Source of the DNA: Synechococcales cyanobacterium
GTDB lineage: Bacteria > Cyanobacteriota > Cyanobacteriia > Cyanobacteriales > Chamaesiphonaceae
NCBI GenBank assembly: GCA_043721015.1
Contig: JAYSRP010000288.1
Span: forward strand, 3,907-27,906
Length of the DNA: 24,000 bases
Direction: 5' to 3'
Part shown: in pieces, positions 1 through 8,268 of the stretch
How positions within the stretch are numbered: the stretch's first letter is position 1
How the letters are laid out: each line of letters begins with the position of its first letter
Position numbers and translations under genes: made by a program
The notes under the pieces: model-generated
What the model saw: only the letters and a program-made list of their open reading frames with translations
Told to the model about the DNA's origin: nothing
Database searches by the model: none

Positions 1-38
1 AACAAGCCAAAAACCACATCCACCTAGATAGCTAAATC

Positions 39-1691
39 ATGACTGCCAATATTTCTCTCCCACCCGTTGCGGAGTCTGCATCTCCCAGCCACGGCCACGG
101 CGAACGTCGTTGGCAAGACTATTTCACCTTTAATACCGACCATAAGGTGATTGGCATCCAATATATGGTGATGTCTTTCTTCTTCTATTTAATAGGTGGG
201 CTGCTGGCCGAAGGTATTCGTACCGAACTAGCCACCCCTGATCCCGACTTGGTAGATCCGGCGCTCTACAACAGCATGTTTACCATGCACGCCACGATCA
301 TGATCTTTTTGTGGATTGTGCCAGCAGGCACCGGAGCCTTTGCTAATTACTTGATCCCCCTAATGATTGGGGCGCGAGATATGGCATTTCCTCGGCTCAA
401 CGCTGTGGCTTTTTGGATGCTGCCCCCGGCGGGCGTGATGCTGATTGCCAGCTTCTACTTTGGCACTGCCCAAGCAGGTTGGACTTCTTATCCGCCGTTG
501 AGTTTGACTACTGGTAAAGTGGGCGAAGCCATCTGGATCTTTAGTTTGCTGCTGGGCGGGACTTCCTCTATTTTGGGTGGGATTAACTTCATGACCACCA
601 TCCTGAAAATGCGGGTGCCCAGTATGGGAATGATGCAGATGCCTCTGTTCTGTTGGGCAATGATTGCAACTTCGGCCTTAATCTTAATCGCTACACCGAT
701 TTTGGCTGGTGCTTTGATCTTGCTTTCTTTTGACTTGTTGGCGGGCACTGCATTTTTTAACCCTACTGGTGGCGGTCATCCGGTAGTTTACCAACACATG
801 TTTTGGTTCTATTCCCACCCTGCCGTCTATATTATGGTGCTGCCTTTCTTTGGCATTATCTCGGAAGTTATTCCGATCCACTCTCGTAAGCCCATCTTTG
901 GTTACGGGGCGATCGCCTATTCCAGCTTAGCCATTAGCTTCTTGGGTCTCATCGTCTGGGCACACCACATGTTTACCAGTGGCACCCCAGCTTGGTTACG
1001 GATGTTCTTTATGATCACTACCATGATCATCGCGGTGCCGACCGGGATCAAGGTGTTTGGTTGGTTGGCAACCATGTGGGGAGGCAAAATTGCCCTCAAT
1101 AGTCCGATGCTGTTTGCGATGGGTTTCTTATCAACTTTCGTAGTTGGTGGGATCAGTGGCGTAATGTTGGCCGCAGTACCTTTTGATATTCATGTTCACG
1201 ATACTTACTTTGTAGTTGCCCATTTACACTATGTGTTGTTTGGTGGCTCGGTGTTCGGGATCTTTACCGGGATTTATCACTGGTATCCGAAGGCGATCGG
1301 CAGAATGTATAGCGAGTTCTGGGGCAAGGTACATTTCGTGATGACCTTTGTGGGTTTCAACGTCACGTTCTTACCTATGCACATCCTGGGCTTACAGGGG
1401 ATGCCTCGCCGGATTGCGATGTATGCACCGGAGTTCCAAACTCTCAACCAAGTTTGTACTTGGGGTAGCTATTTATTAGCGGTTTCTACTGTGCCGTTCT
1501 TGGTCAATGCCTTGTGGTGTTGGTTTAAAGGCGAAAAAGCTCCCGATAATCCTTGGAATGCTTTGACTTTTGAATGGATGACTAGTTCTCCCCCAGAAAT
1601 CGAAAACTTCGAGGTGTTACCTGTGCTCACTACTGGTCCTTATGACTACGGGGTGGAAGAAGAAGAGAAACTGGCGACGATCGCTGGTTAG
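39..1691 (+). CDS. ctaD: Cytochrome c oxidase subunit I (heme-copper oxidase catalytic subunit)
   Basis: 550-aa ORF with about 12 TM helices. It carries canonical heme/CuB histidine motifs (WAHHMF, HVHDTYFVVAHLHYV) and the GGGHPVVYQHMFWFYSHPAVY block. Confidence 0.95.
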   Translation: MTANISLPPVAESASPSHGHGERRWQDYFTFNTDHKVIGIQYMVMSFFFYLIGGLLAEGIRTELATPDPDLVDPALYNSMFTMHATIMIFLWIVPAGTGAFANYLIPLMIGARDMAFPRLNAVAFWMLPPAGVMLIASFYFGTAQAGWTSYPPLSLTTGKVGEAIWIFSLLLGGTSSILGGINFMTTILKMRVPSMGMMQMPLFCWAMIATSALILIATPILAGALILLSFDLLAGTAFFNPTGGGHPVVYQHMFWFYSHPAVYIMVLPFFGIISEVIPIHSRKPIFGYGAIAYSSLAISFLGLIVWAHHMFTSGTPAWLRMFFMITTMIIAVPTGIKVFGWLATMWGGKIALNSPMLFAMGFLSTFVVGGISGVMLAAVPFDIHVHDTYFVVAHLHYVLFGGSVFGIFTGIYHWYPKAIGRMYSEFWGKVHFVMTFVGFNVTFLPMHILGLQGMPRRIAMYAPEFQTLNQVCTWGSYLLAVSTVPFLVNALWCWFKGEKAPDNPWNALTFEWMTSSPPEIENFEVLPVLTTGPYDYGVEEEEKLATIAG

Positions 1692-1708
1692 CTGTAAGCT
1701 GCCGATTT

Positions 1709-1794
1709 CCGGTTCACTTCGGCTCCGCTCAGTGACCGGCAATCTGATTAACTAGTTGAGAAAAATAGCATCCAGTTGGGTGAGCGAAGCCGAA
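1709..1794. repeat. Palindromic repeat element in the ctaD-ctaE spacer, with two overlapping hairpin options
   Basis: ttcggctccgctca (1718-1731) is the near-perfect reverse complement (13/14) of tgagcgaagccgaa (1781-1794). A local stem ccggttcact (1709-1718) / agtgaccgg (1731-1739) competes for the same bases. Confidence 0.5.
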
Positions 1795-1858
1795 TCCCAA
1801 CGTCAGCCGTAGCAGATCGAGATCAAAATATCAAACGTCCTTTACCATCCGGAATTTT

Positions 1859-2491
1859 ATGCAGGGTTCGATCGATAACAAAAACCAATCCATCCAAATC
1901 TCTGGCACCGCTAAAGTTGCAGAGGTTGCCCATGGCCATGAAGAACACCCGGATCTCCGGATCTTTGGTTTGTTCATGTTCCTGATTGCTGAGAGCGCGC
2001 TGTTTATTGGGCTATTCGTAGCTTATTTAACTTTCCGGGCGGTAGCTCCAGTGTGGCCACCAGAGGGAACACCGAAGTTAGAGCTGCTGTTACCAGGAAT
2101 TAACACGGCAATTTTGATTTCGAGTAGTTTGGTGATTCACCAGGCCGATTCGGCAATTAAAAAGAATGATGTGGCCGGACTGCGCAAGTGGTTTGGTATT
2201 ACGGCACTGATGGGTGTGGTGTTTCTCTGTGGTCAAGTCTATGAGTATATGCACTTGGAGTTTGGACTACGCACCAATTTGTTCGCTAGTACTTTCTATG
2301 TGCTAACTGGCTTCCATGGTCTGCACGTTATGGTAGGGGTCATGCTGATGCTGGCGGTGTTATGGCGTTCTATCAAAAATGCTGACCACTACAGTAGCAG
2401 TAGTCACTTTGGAGTAGAAGCCGCTGAAATCTATTGGCACTTCGTTGATGTCATCTGGATTATTCTGTTTATCTTGCTGTACTTGCTTTAA
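1859..2491 (+). CDS. ctaE: Cytochrome c oxidase subunit III
   Basis: 210-aa polytopic membrane ORF directly after ctaD. It has the HEEHPDLRIFG N-terminal block and the FHGLHV and YWHFVD motifs typical of subunit III. Confidence 0.9.
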   Translation: MQGSIDNKNQSIQISGTAKVAEVAHGHEEHPDLRIFGLFMFLIAESALFIGLFVAYLTFRAVAPVWPPEGTPKLELLLPGINTAILISSSLVIHQADSAIKKNDVAGLRKWFGITALMGVVFLCGQVYEYMHLEFGLRTNLFASTFYVLTGFHGLHVMVGVMLMLAVLWRSIKNADHYSSSSHFGVEAAEIYWHFVDVIWIILFILLYLL

Positions 2492-2513
2492 AAAGTTTTA
2501 ATAATTTCGACTC

Positions 2514-2560
2514 AAAGCTTTAGATGAAATTCAATTATTTTCATCTAAAGCTTTTTTATT
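2514..2560 (+). terminator. Rho-independent terminator after ctaE
   Basis: Perfect 16-bp stem aaagctttagatgaaa (2514-2529) / tttcatctaaagcttt (2539-2554) with a 9-nt loop, followed by tttattatt. Confidence 0.75.
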
Positions 2561-2804
2561 ATTTGCCTGAAAAATTTCAACTTAATATTACAAATATGAA
2601 ATGAATAATTGGAAAATATCATGTTTCAGTGGCTTCGGATATTCGTCGTGATGGTCTCGGTATAGAGCTTTGGCTCGATCACGAGATGATTGCGGAAGTA
2701 TTTCGCTGAGGAATGATTTCGGCAGAGAAAAATGCGCTAGCCAAAACGCCGTTTTGGCTAATGATTAATATGTTGTAATCAATTTTTGTACAATTTCGGC
2801 TATG

Positions 2805-2940
2805 CTGTATGGGTCAGCAAAGTTCAGTTAGCAAAAAATCTGCTGACTCGGGGAAAGATTGGTGAAAATCCGTCACTGTCCCGCAACTGTAATAGAGGCA
2901 GTGCCCTCTCAAAGTCAGAACACCCGAATTTGTGACAGTT
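2805..2940 (+). promoter_or_regulatory. Cobalamin (B12) riboswitch in the cbiM leader
   Basis: Conserved core ggggaaagattGGTGAAAATCCgtcACtGtCCCGCAACTGTAAt is followed by a B12-box-like aAGTCAGAACACCcg. A 7-bp stem joins gtcagca (2813-2819) and tgctgac (2841-2847). It lies immediately 5' of a cobalt transporter operon. Confidence 0.85.
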
Positions 2941-2962
2941 AATTTGCTTCTGCGAGGTACGG

Positions 2963-3739
2963 ATGCGTAAAAATAATAGACTGCGGAAAGCTTTGAGCTT
3001 GATCGCAATGATTGGTTTAAGTGCTTACTTAGTTTTAGGTGGAGCTGCTCCAGCCCAAGCCATGCACATCATGGAGGGCTTTTTGCCACCAGCCTGGGCT
3101 TTGTTTTGGTGGGTAGCTTTTGTGCCCTTTTTTGCTTGGGGTCTGAGATCGCTGGTTAAGATCACTAAAGAAAACCCTGATTTGAAGCTGCTACTGGCTT
3201 TATCTGGAGCGTTTGCCTTTGTACTTTCAGCTTTAAAGATTCCATCGGTGACAGGAAGCTGCTCGCACCCCACGGGCACAGGATTGGGTGCGGTGTTGTT
3301 TGGTCCTAGCGTCATGTCGGTGTTGGGAGCAATGGTGTTGGTTTTTCAATCTCTACTGCTAGCTCATGGGGGTTTGACAACTTTAGGTGCTAATGCCATA
3401 TCAATGGCTGTAGCTGGCCCTTTTGCTGCTTACTGGATTTATCATGCAACTCTAAGAATGAGTGGCAGTTATGGAATTGCTATTTTCTGCGCCGCTGCAC
3501 TGGGCGACCTGGTCACTTATGTGGTGACAGCAGTGCAATTATCTTTGGCTTTTCCCTCGCCGGTTGGTGGCATAGTAGCCTCGTTTATTAAGTTTGGTGG
3601 TATTTTTGCTATTACCCAGGTGCCTTTAGCAGTTAGTGAAGGTTTGCTGACAGTATTAGTATGGAACTGGCTACGTCAGTATAACTCTGAAGAATTAAGC
3701 ACTTTGAAATCAGTATCTGTTAGGAGCAATGAATCATGA
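2963..3739 (+). CDS. cbiM: Cobalt ECF transporter substrate-capture component CbiM, with an N-terminal leader
   Basis: 258-aa polytopic ORF. The signature MHIMEGFLP occurs after a 33-aa signal-like leader ending AQA. GAGG lies 7 nt upstream of the ATG. The stop overlaps the cbiN start (ATGA). Confidence 0.9.
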   Translation: MRKNNRLRKALSLIAMIGLSAYLVLGGAAPAQAMHIMEGFLPPAWALFWWVAFVPFFAWGLRSLVKITKENPDLKLLLALSGAFAFVLSALKIPSVTGSCSHPTGTGLGAVLFGPSVMSVLGAMVLVFQSLLLAHGGLTTLGANAISMAVAGPFAAYWIYHATLRMSGSYGIAIFCAAALGDLVTYVVTAVQLSLAFPSPVGGIVASFIKFGGIFAITQVPLAVSEGLLTVLVWNWLRQYNSEELSTLKSVSVRSNES

Positions 3740-4083
3740 AAGATCAATTTTCAGACCCTTCCACTAAGCCCAGTGGCAAGTCAATTGTCAGCAAAAAAGT
3801 ACAAAATTGGCTACTGATCGGTGGAGTAGTATCGTTAGCTCTCTTACCCTTGTTTATAGTTAAAGATGGCAAGTTTGGTGGTGCTGACGATCAAGGGAAG
3901 GAAGCGATCACAGTTATTAAGCCAGATTACAAACCTTGGTTTGGATCTTTGATTCAGCCCGCTAGCAGCGAAATTGCAGGTTTATTGTTTGCAGCCCAAG
4001 CGGCATTGGGTGCGGGCGTTGTAGGCTATGCGATCGGCTGGTACAAAGGCAAACACGAAAGCCGTAGTTCTGAGCGCGAGTGA
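3736..4083 (+). CDS. cbiN: Cobalt transport protein CbiN
   Basis: 115 aa with two TM segments and CbiN-typical blocks FGGADDQ, PDYKPWF and [16 protein letters not shown]. Confidence 0.85.
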   Translation: MKDQFSDPSTKPSGKSIVSKKVQNWLLIGGVVSLALLPLFIVKDGKFGGADDQGKEAITVIKPDYKPWFGSLIQPASSEIAGLLFAAQAALGAGVVGYAIGWYKGKHESRSSERE

Positions 4084-4865
4084 ATACTAAACTTGATGCG
4101 CTAGCTTATGGCAATGCCCTAAAAGCATTGCCACCCGCGCAAAAACTCTGCTTTGCGATAACCCTATTAGTTATGGCGATGTTTGTTCACCCCCCTATTC
4201 ATTTAGCCATTTTTATTTGGCTGGCAGTATGGGTGGTGGGCTACGCCAAGATTCCTGGGAAATTTTACGTGGCGATGCTGCTAGGAGTCATGTCTTTTCT
4301 GCTTACTAGCCTACCTGCGATCGCTCTTAACTTTGCGCCAACTGCACCAGTAGATTCTCTTTGGAGCTGGCCGCTATGGGGTGGTCAGATTTATCTGAGT
4401 GCTAGTGGGCTACAGCAGGCTTTAGGAATTTTGTCGCGGTCTTTAGCTAGTACGGCGGCGCTGTTTTTTATTATTTTGACGGTGCCTTTTGCTGAATTGG
4501 CTGTGGTGTTAGAACAAATTCGGCTGCCTACAATTTTGACGGAGCTGTTGTTATTATGCTACCGGTTTATTTTTCTATTAGCCGAGGTAGCACAGAGCAT
4601 TTCGATCGCCCAACAGTCGCGGGGTGGCTATCGCACTCGCCGATTAGCTCTCAGCAGCGTGAGTTTATTGATCAGACAACTTATTCAAAGAACAGCAGTG
4701 CGCTATCAGCAGATTGCCTTGGGCATTAAAGCCAGGGGCTTCAATCAAGAGTTTCGGTTTTGGCAATCTACGCCCTATAAATATTCTTGGCGTTATGGTC
4801 TAGAGTCGATCGGGGGCTGCCTATTATTAGTTATTGGGGAAATTTTTTACCAAATTTATGTCTGA
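4080..4865 (+). CDS. cbiQ: ECF transporter transmembrane (T) component CbiQ
   Basis: 261-aa membrane ORF. Its GTG start overlaps the cbiN stop (GTGA). It has the EcfT-type ARG signature (GIKARGF) and sits in the expected position in cbiMNQO. Confidence 0.85.
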   Translation: MNTKLDALAYGNALKALPPAQKLCFAITLLVMAMFVHPPIHLAIFIWLAVWVVGYAKIPGKFYVAMLLGVMSFLLTSLPAIALNFAPTAPVDSLWSWPLWGGQIYLSASGLQQALGILSRSLASTAALFFIILTVPFAELAVVLEQIRLPTILTELLLLCYRFIFLLAEVAQSISIAQQSRGGYRTRRLALSSVSLLIRQLIQRTAVRYQQIALGIKARGFNQEFRFWQSTPYKYSWRYGLESIGGCLLLVIGEIFYQIYV

Positions 4866-5685
4866 TTATTTGTTGGAAATGCGGGGTGTGGAGTACACCT
4901 ACCCCATGGCCGATCGAGCAGCAGTAAAAAATCTGAGCTTGCGACTACCCGCAGGCCGTAAAACGGCTTTGATTGGTCAGAATGGCTGTGGTAAATCTAC
5001 GCTGTTTTTGCTGGCCGATGGTTTATGTCGTCCTCAGCAGGGGGAAATTTTGCTAGATGGCGTGCCATTGAAGTTCGATCGTCATACTTTAAATCGCTGG
5101 CGGCAACGGGTTGGACTGGTATTTCAAGATCCCGAGCAGCAGTTAGTAGCACCAACGGTGGAGTCAGATATTTCTTACGGGCTGTGTAATCAGGGTTTGC
5201 CAGATAGGGAAGTGGCCGATCGAGTCCAGCAAACTATGGCCGATTTTCAGTTAACCGAGCTAGCTCGCAGGCCGCTGCATCATCTTAGCCTCGGGCAAAA
5301 GAAACGGGTAAGCATTGCCGGGGTGATGACTTTACGCCCAGATTTGGTGTTGTTAGATGAACCCACTGCTTATTTAGATCCGGTGCAGACTAGAAATTTG
5401 CTACTAGAGCTAGACAATATTGTTCGATCGGGCACTACTCTATTAATTGCTACCCATGATTTAGATTTTGTCTATCAATGGGCAGATTGGGTATTGGTGA
5501 TGAGCGAGGGTAGTTTACTGTTAGAAGGTGAAACTTTGATGGTATTTGAAAAACTACAGTCTCTGCCAAATTTTGAATTGGGGATGCCGCTCTTATGGGA
5601 AATGTGGCAGACACTACCACTACAAATTAGAGGAAATCATGCCGTGCCTCGATCGATCGAAGAGCTGAAGAAATTGCTGGCTTGA
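4858..5685 (+). CDS. cbiO: ECF transporter ATPase CbiO
   Basis: Walker A GQNGCGKST, ABC signature LSLGQKKR and Walker B LVLLDEPTAYLD. The preferred start is the ATG at 4858, which overlaps the cbiQ stop (ATGTCTGA). The ORF-track start at 4834 is a TTG. Confidence 0.9.
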   Translation: MSDYLLEMRGVEYTYPMADRAAVKNLSLRLPAGRKTALIGQNGCGKSTLFLLADGLCRPQQGEILLDGVPLKFDRHTLNRWRQRVGLVFQDPEQQLVAPTVESDISYGLCNQGLPDREVADRVQQTMADFQLTELARRPLHHLSLGQKKRVSIAGVMTLRPDLVLLDEPTAYLDPVQTRNLLLELDNIVRSGTTLLIATHDLDFVYQWADWVLVMSEGSLLLEGETLMVFEKLQSLPNFELGMPLLWEMWQTLPLQIRGNHAVPRSIEELKKLLA

Positions 5686-5945
5686 TGAAAATTGGTGAAA
5701 TGTCTATCATGAAAATTGCTACACAATTTGTTAATTTCTGGCTCAATGAATGGCTCTATTCCTCGTAACTAGCTTCTCAATTAAATTAGTAATAAATCAT
5801 TAGTGTTTTCTTGCAATTCAAAGCTACAAATAAATTATTAATTGACTGGAATTTGTAATCTATTACATCCCAAGACTAAAAAATGATCCAGATCTCCTAC
5901 ATATCCGCTAGAATAAACGTTTTTCGCAGGTAAGGTTGGGGAAAC

Positions 5946-6875
5946 ATGGAAAGCCTAAAAGGACGAGACTTATTGAGCATGGCGGATTTGAGCGGTGCAG
6001 AGGTAGCTGGCATTGTTAAAATGGCGATCGAACTCAAAACCGGCAAACTCGATCCTCGCACCCGCAAAAACCTCGGTTTGCTGTTTACCAAGGCTTCCAC
6101 CCGCACCAGAGTGAGCTTTACCGCCGCCATGTATCAGTTGGGCGGCCAAGTGATCGACATGAACCCCAACTCTACCCAAATAGGCCGGGGTGAGCCGTTG
6201 CAGGACACCGCGCGAGTACTCGATCGCTATCTCGATATTCTGGCCATCCGCACCTTCGATCAACAAGACTTGGAGTTGTTTGCCGCCAACGCCAAAATGC
6301 CAATTATCAACGCCCTTACTGACCTAGAGCACCCTTGTCAGGTCTTGGCCGATCTCCAGACTATTCAAGAACACTTTGGTACTTGTCAGGGGCTAAAGCT
6401 GGCTTACTGTGGAGATGGCAACAACATGGCGCACTCTTTGTTGATTGGTGGAGCCTTGGTGGGCATGGATGTGGCAGTGGCGGCACCTGCTGGGTTTGCT
6501 CCTGCGACCCAGGTGGTTGCTCAGGCGAAAAAGATTGCCCAAGGCACCAAGGCTCAAATTACGATTACTGAAGATGTAGCTGCGGCGGTGCGGGGAGCAA
6601 ATATTGTCTATACGGATGTGTGGGCAAGCATGGGGCAAGAAGCAGAGGCGATCGATCGCGTTCCTTTGTTTATGCCCTATCAGGTAAACAAGCAGCTTAT
6701 GAGTTTGGCCGATGCTCAGTCGATCGTGCTACACTGTTTACCGGCTCACCGGGAAGAAGAAATTACTGAAGAGGTTTTGGAAGGCGATCGATCGAAGGTG
6801 TGGGATCAGGCGGAGAATCGTCTACATGCTCAGAAAGCGTTGATTGTGGCACTGCTTGGGCTAGAAGAATCTTAG
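5946..6875 (+). CDS. argF: Ornithine carbamoyltransferase
   Basis: 309 aa with the carbamoyl-phosphate motif STRTR, the ornithine-binding motifs HPCQ and HCLP, and DVWASMG. Confidence 0.93.
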   Translation: MESLKGRDLLSMADLSGAEVAGIVKMAIELKTGKLDPRTRKNLGLLFTKASTRTRVSFTAAMYQLGGQVIDMNPNSTQIGRGEPLQDTARVLDRYLDILAIRTFDQQDLELFAANAKMPIINALTDLEHPCQVLADLQTIQEHFGTCQGLKLAYCGDGNNMAHSLLIGGALVGMDVAVAAPAGFAPATQVVAQAKKIAQGTKAQITITEDVAAAVRGANIVYTDVWASMGQEAEAIDRVPLFMPYQVNKQLMSLADAQSIVLHCLPAHREEEITEEVLEGDRSKVWDQAENRLHAQKALIVALLGLEES

Positions 6876-6953
6876 GGTGGGCAGCTAATTGAACTCTCGC
6901 CGGATAGGTGAAATACTGCGATCAAGAATATTTCTATGATTTTAAAATATTAT

Positions 6954-8069
6954 TTAGCCCTCATTAAAAAAATCAATCATTGTCTTGGATGTCTCAGATA
7001 AGATACTCAACCCATCCGATCGATCTAATAAGCCTATCTTTCGACCGATTACTGGATTAATTAAGAGCGATAAATCGGTAAAGCTATAGTGGGTGGTTAA
7101 TTCAACTATCTGCTGCTGAAGATCGGCTCTAATAGCTAGTTTGTCCATCCAGAATTTGTCGATCGCTATTATCGATTCATATTGACGTAGCTTTTTTTTA
7201 TCTTTGGGCTTGTGTCTCTCTCGATCGGCATTAATAGATAATAGTCTCTTCCCTGTATACTCTGCATTTTCAATCCCTAGATCGATAAAAACACCATCAA
7301 GATCTACTGCTTTTGAGATTCGTCGATCTTGCCCACAAGCAACAAAACTAGCCCCCCCTCCAGCCGAATGTCCGGCAGTAAATATTTTACCAGCATTAAT
7401 CCTGTGATAAAATAATGAACCAGGCACCGAATCTAGATAGATAACTTTATCAACAATCGCTGATATATTTTGGGCTTGTGCTTGCATGAACTTGCCAATA
7501 TATTGTTCGAGTATGGCTGGGTCGTCAAAGATTGCCGGGTCAAAACTTTCAAATTTTATTTGCGAACCATCAGTACACATTGTCCCGACATTAGACTTAG
7601 GATGATTAACGCCAATAACAATAAATCCATGACTGGCAAATTCTAGAGCATAGAAAGTACCTAGATAATTAATTCCACCGAACCCAGGTGAGAACAAAAT
7701 AATCGGCAAGCCATCTGGAGAATTGATCGGCATGGCATTGATCAATGCTGGACTGGTAGCAACGCGCCGTAGCAACCAAAAAATCAACTTGTATGATAAA
7801 TTGATCGTAGCTGCATCAGCAAAAATTCGTCCAAGTCGATCAATATAATTACTACTTTTACCAGATCGATCGTTAGTTGGATACCATACCTTGGCAATAA
7901 TCTCAGTCTGAGATTGATCGATTTTATCCCAAGTCAGATCCTGAGTTCCAACCTGCCATTTACCTGATGGTTGTGGTAACTCAGTACGAGTAATTAGCAC
8001 ATAAGGTAATGAGAAAATGGCGATTACACCTACACAGATAAAAATTAAAATCATCCACATTGTCAGCAA
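6954..8069 (-). CDS. Membrane-anchored alpha/beta hydrolase (PAF-acetylhydrolase / dienelactone-hydrolase-like)
   Basis: 371 aa with an N-terminal TM helix and the nucleophile elbow GHSAGG. The ORF-track start is a TTG, and ATG alternatives lie 3 and 5 codons in. The gene is visibly more AT-rich than its neighbours. Confidence 0.7.
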   Translation of the reverse strand: MLTMWMILIFICVGVIAIFSLPYVLITRTELPQPSGKWQVGTQDLTWDKIDQSQTEIIAKVWYPTNDRSGKSSNYIDRLGRIFADAATINLSYKLIFWLLRRVATSPALINAMPINSPDGLPIILFSPGFGGINYLGTFYALEFASHGFIVIGVNHPKSNVGTMCTDGSQIKFESFDPAIFDDPAILEQYIGKFMQAQAQNISAIVDKVIYLDSVPGSLFYHRINAGKIFTAGHSAGGGASFVACGQDRRISKAVDLDGVFIDLGIENAEYTGKRLLSINADRERHKPKDKKKLRQYESIIAIDKFWMDKLAIRADLQQQIVELTTHYSFTDLSLLINPVIGRKIGLLDRSDGLSILSETSKTMIDFFNEG

Positions 8070-8118
8070 CTGCTCCTAGATTTCGACTAATTTATCGACT
8101 GAAATTCAGGTGATTTGA

Positions 8119-8268
8119 ATGTTAAATACTCGTCTCGATTTACATCAACAGGGACTAAGCTTCCGCAAAATCGAGCGTCAAACTGGGGTGAACCACAATA
8201 CAGTAATTAACTGGGTGAAAAAAGCTGAAGTTATTGCTCCCAGCAAAACTTGCGATCGGCCTCGGTAA
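8119..8268 (+). pseudogene. Transposase N-terminal helix-turn-helix remnant (IS1/IS630-like; family uncertain)
   Basis: A 49-codon ORF below the track cutoff reads MLNTRLDLHQQGLSFRKIERQTGVNHNTVINWVKKAE..., a typical IS transposase HTH. No catalytic domain follows. The frame runs into the antisense of the next gene and stops. Confidence 0.5.

Noticed and set aside
1-35. The 3' end of ctaC (subunit II) at the window start
   Set aside because: This is expected from operon order. However, all three frames end in stops within 35 nt (at 27, 31 and 35), and fewer than 12 codons are visible, so the frame and identity cannot be established.
488-1099. Minus-strand ORFs inside ctaD (488..748, 684..881, 917..1099)
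   Set aside because: They are antisense to a strongly conserved gene, their translations are of low complexity, and there is no independent support.
1776-1985. A 69-aa plus-strand ORF spanning the ctaD-ctaE spacer and the ctaE start
   Set aside because: It has a non-ATG start, is out of frame with ctaE, overlaps the repeat element, and its translation is not protein-like.
2766-2794. A sigma70-type promoter for the riboswitch/cbi operon (TACAAT at 2789-2794)
   Set aside because: The -10-like hexamer is plausible, but the sequence at 17-bp spacing (taatat) is a poor -35. The TTGTAA at 2773-2778 is only 10 bp away. This is too weak to report as a feature.
2814-3008. A 64-aa minus-strand ORF
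   Set aside because: It lies exactly antisense to the cobalamin riboswitch and the cbiM start. The riboswitch explains the conservation-like structure.
3025-3315. A 96-aa minus-strand ORF inside cbiM. The same reasoning applies to the other shadow ORFs: 5897..6130, 5970..6266, 6335..6571, 6393..6638, 7204..7407, 8234..8425, 10255..10459, 10707..10910, 11664..12002, 13621..13821, 15395..15655, 16442..16961, 17488..17703, 18009..18365, 19110..19409, 22184..22403, 22725..22916, 23165..23553 and 23717..23899.
   Set aside because: All overlap well-supported genes on the opposite strand or in another frame, and none has recognisable motifs.
4834-4857. A TTG start for cbiO at 4834
   Set aside because: The ATG at 4858 overlaps the cbiQ stop in the coupling arrangement used throughout the operon, and it gives the usual short lead-in before the first beta-strand.
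5854-5867. An NtcA-like palindrome, tgtaatctattaca, upstream of argF
   Set aside because: NtcA sites are GTA-N8-TAC, and here the spacing is GTA-N6-TAC. It may be some other operator, but I cannot support an NtcA call.
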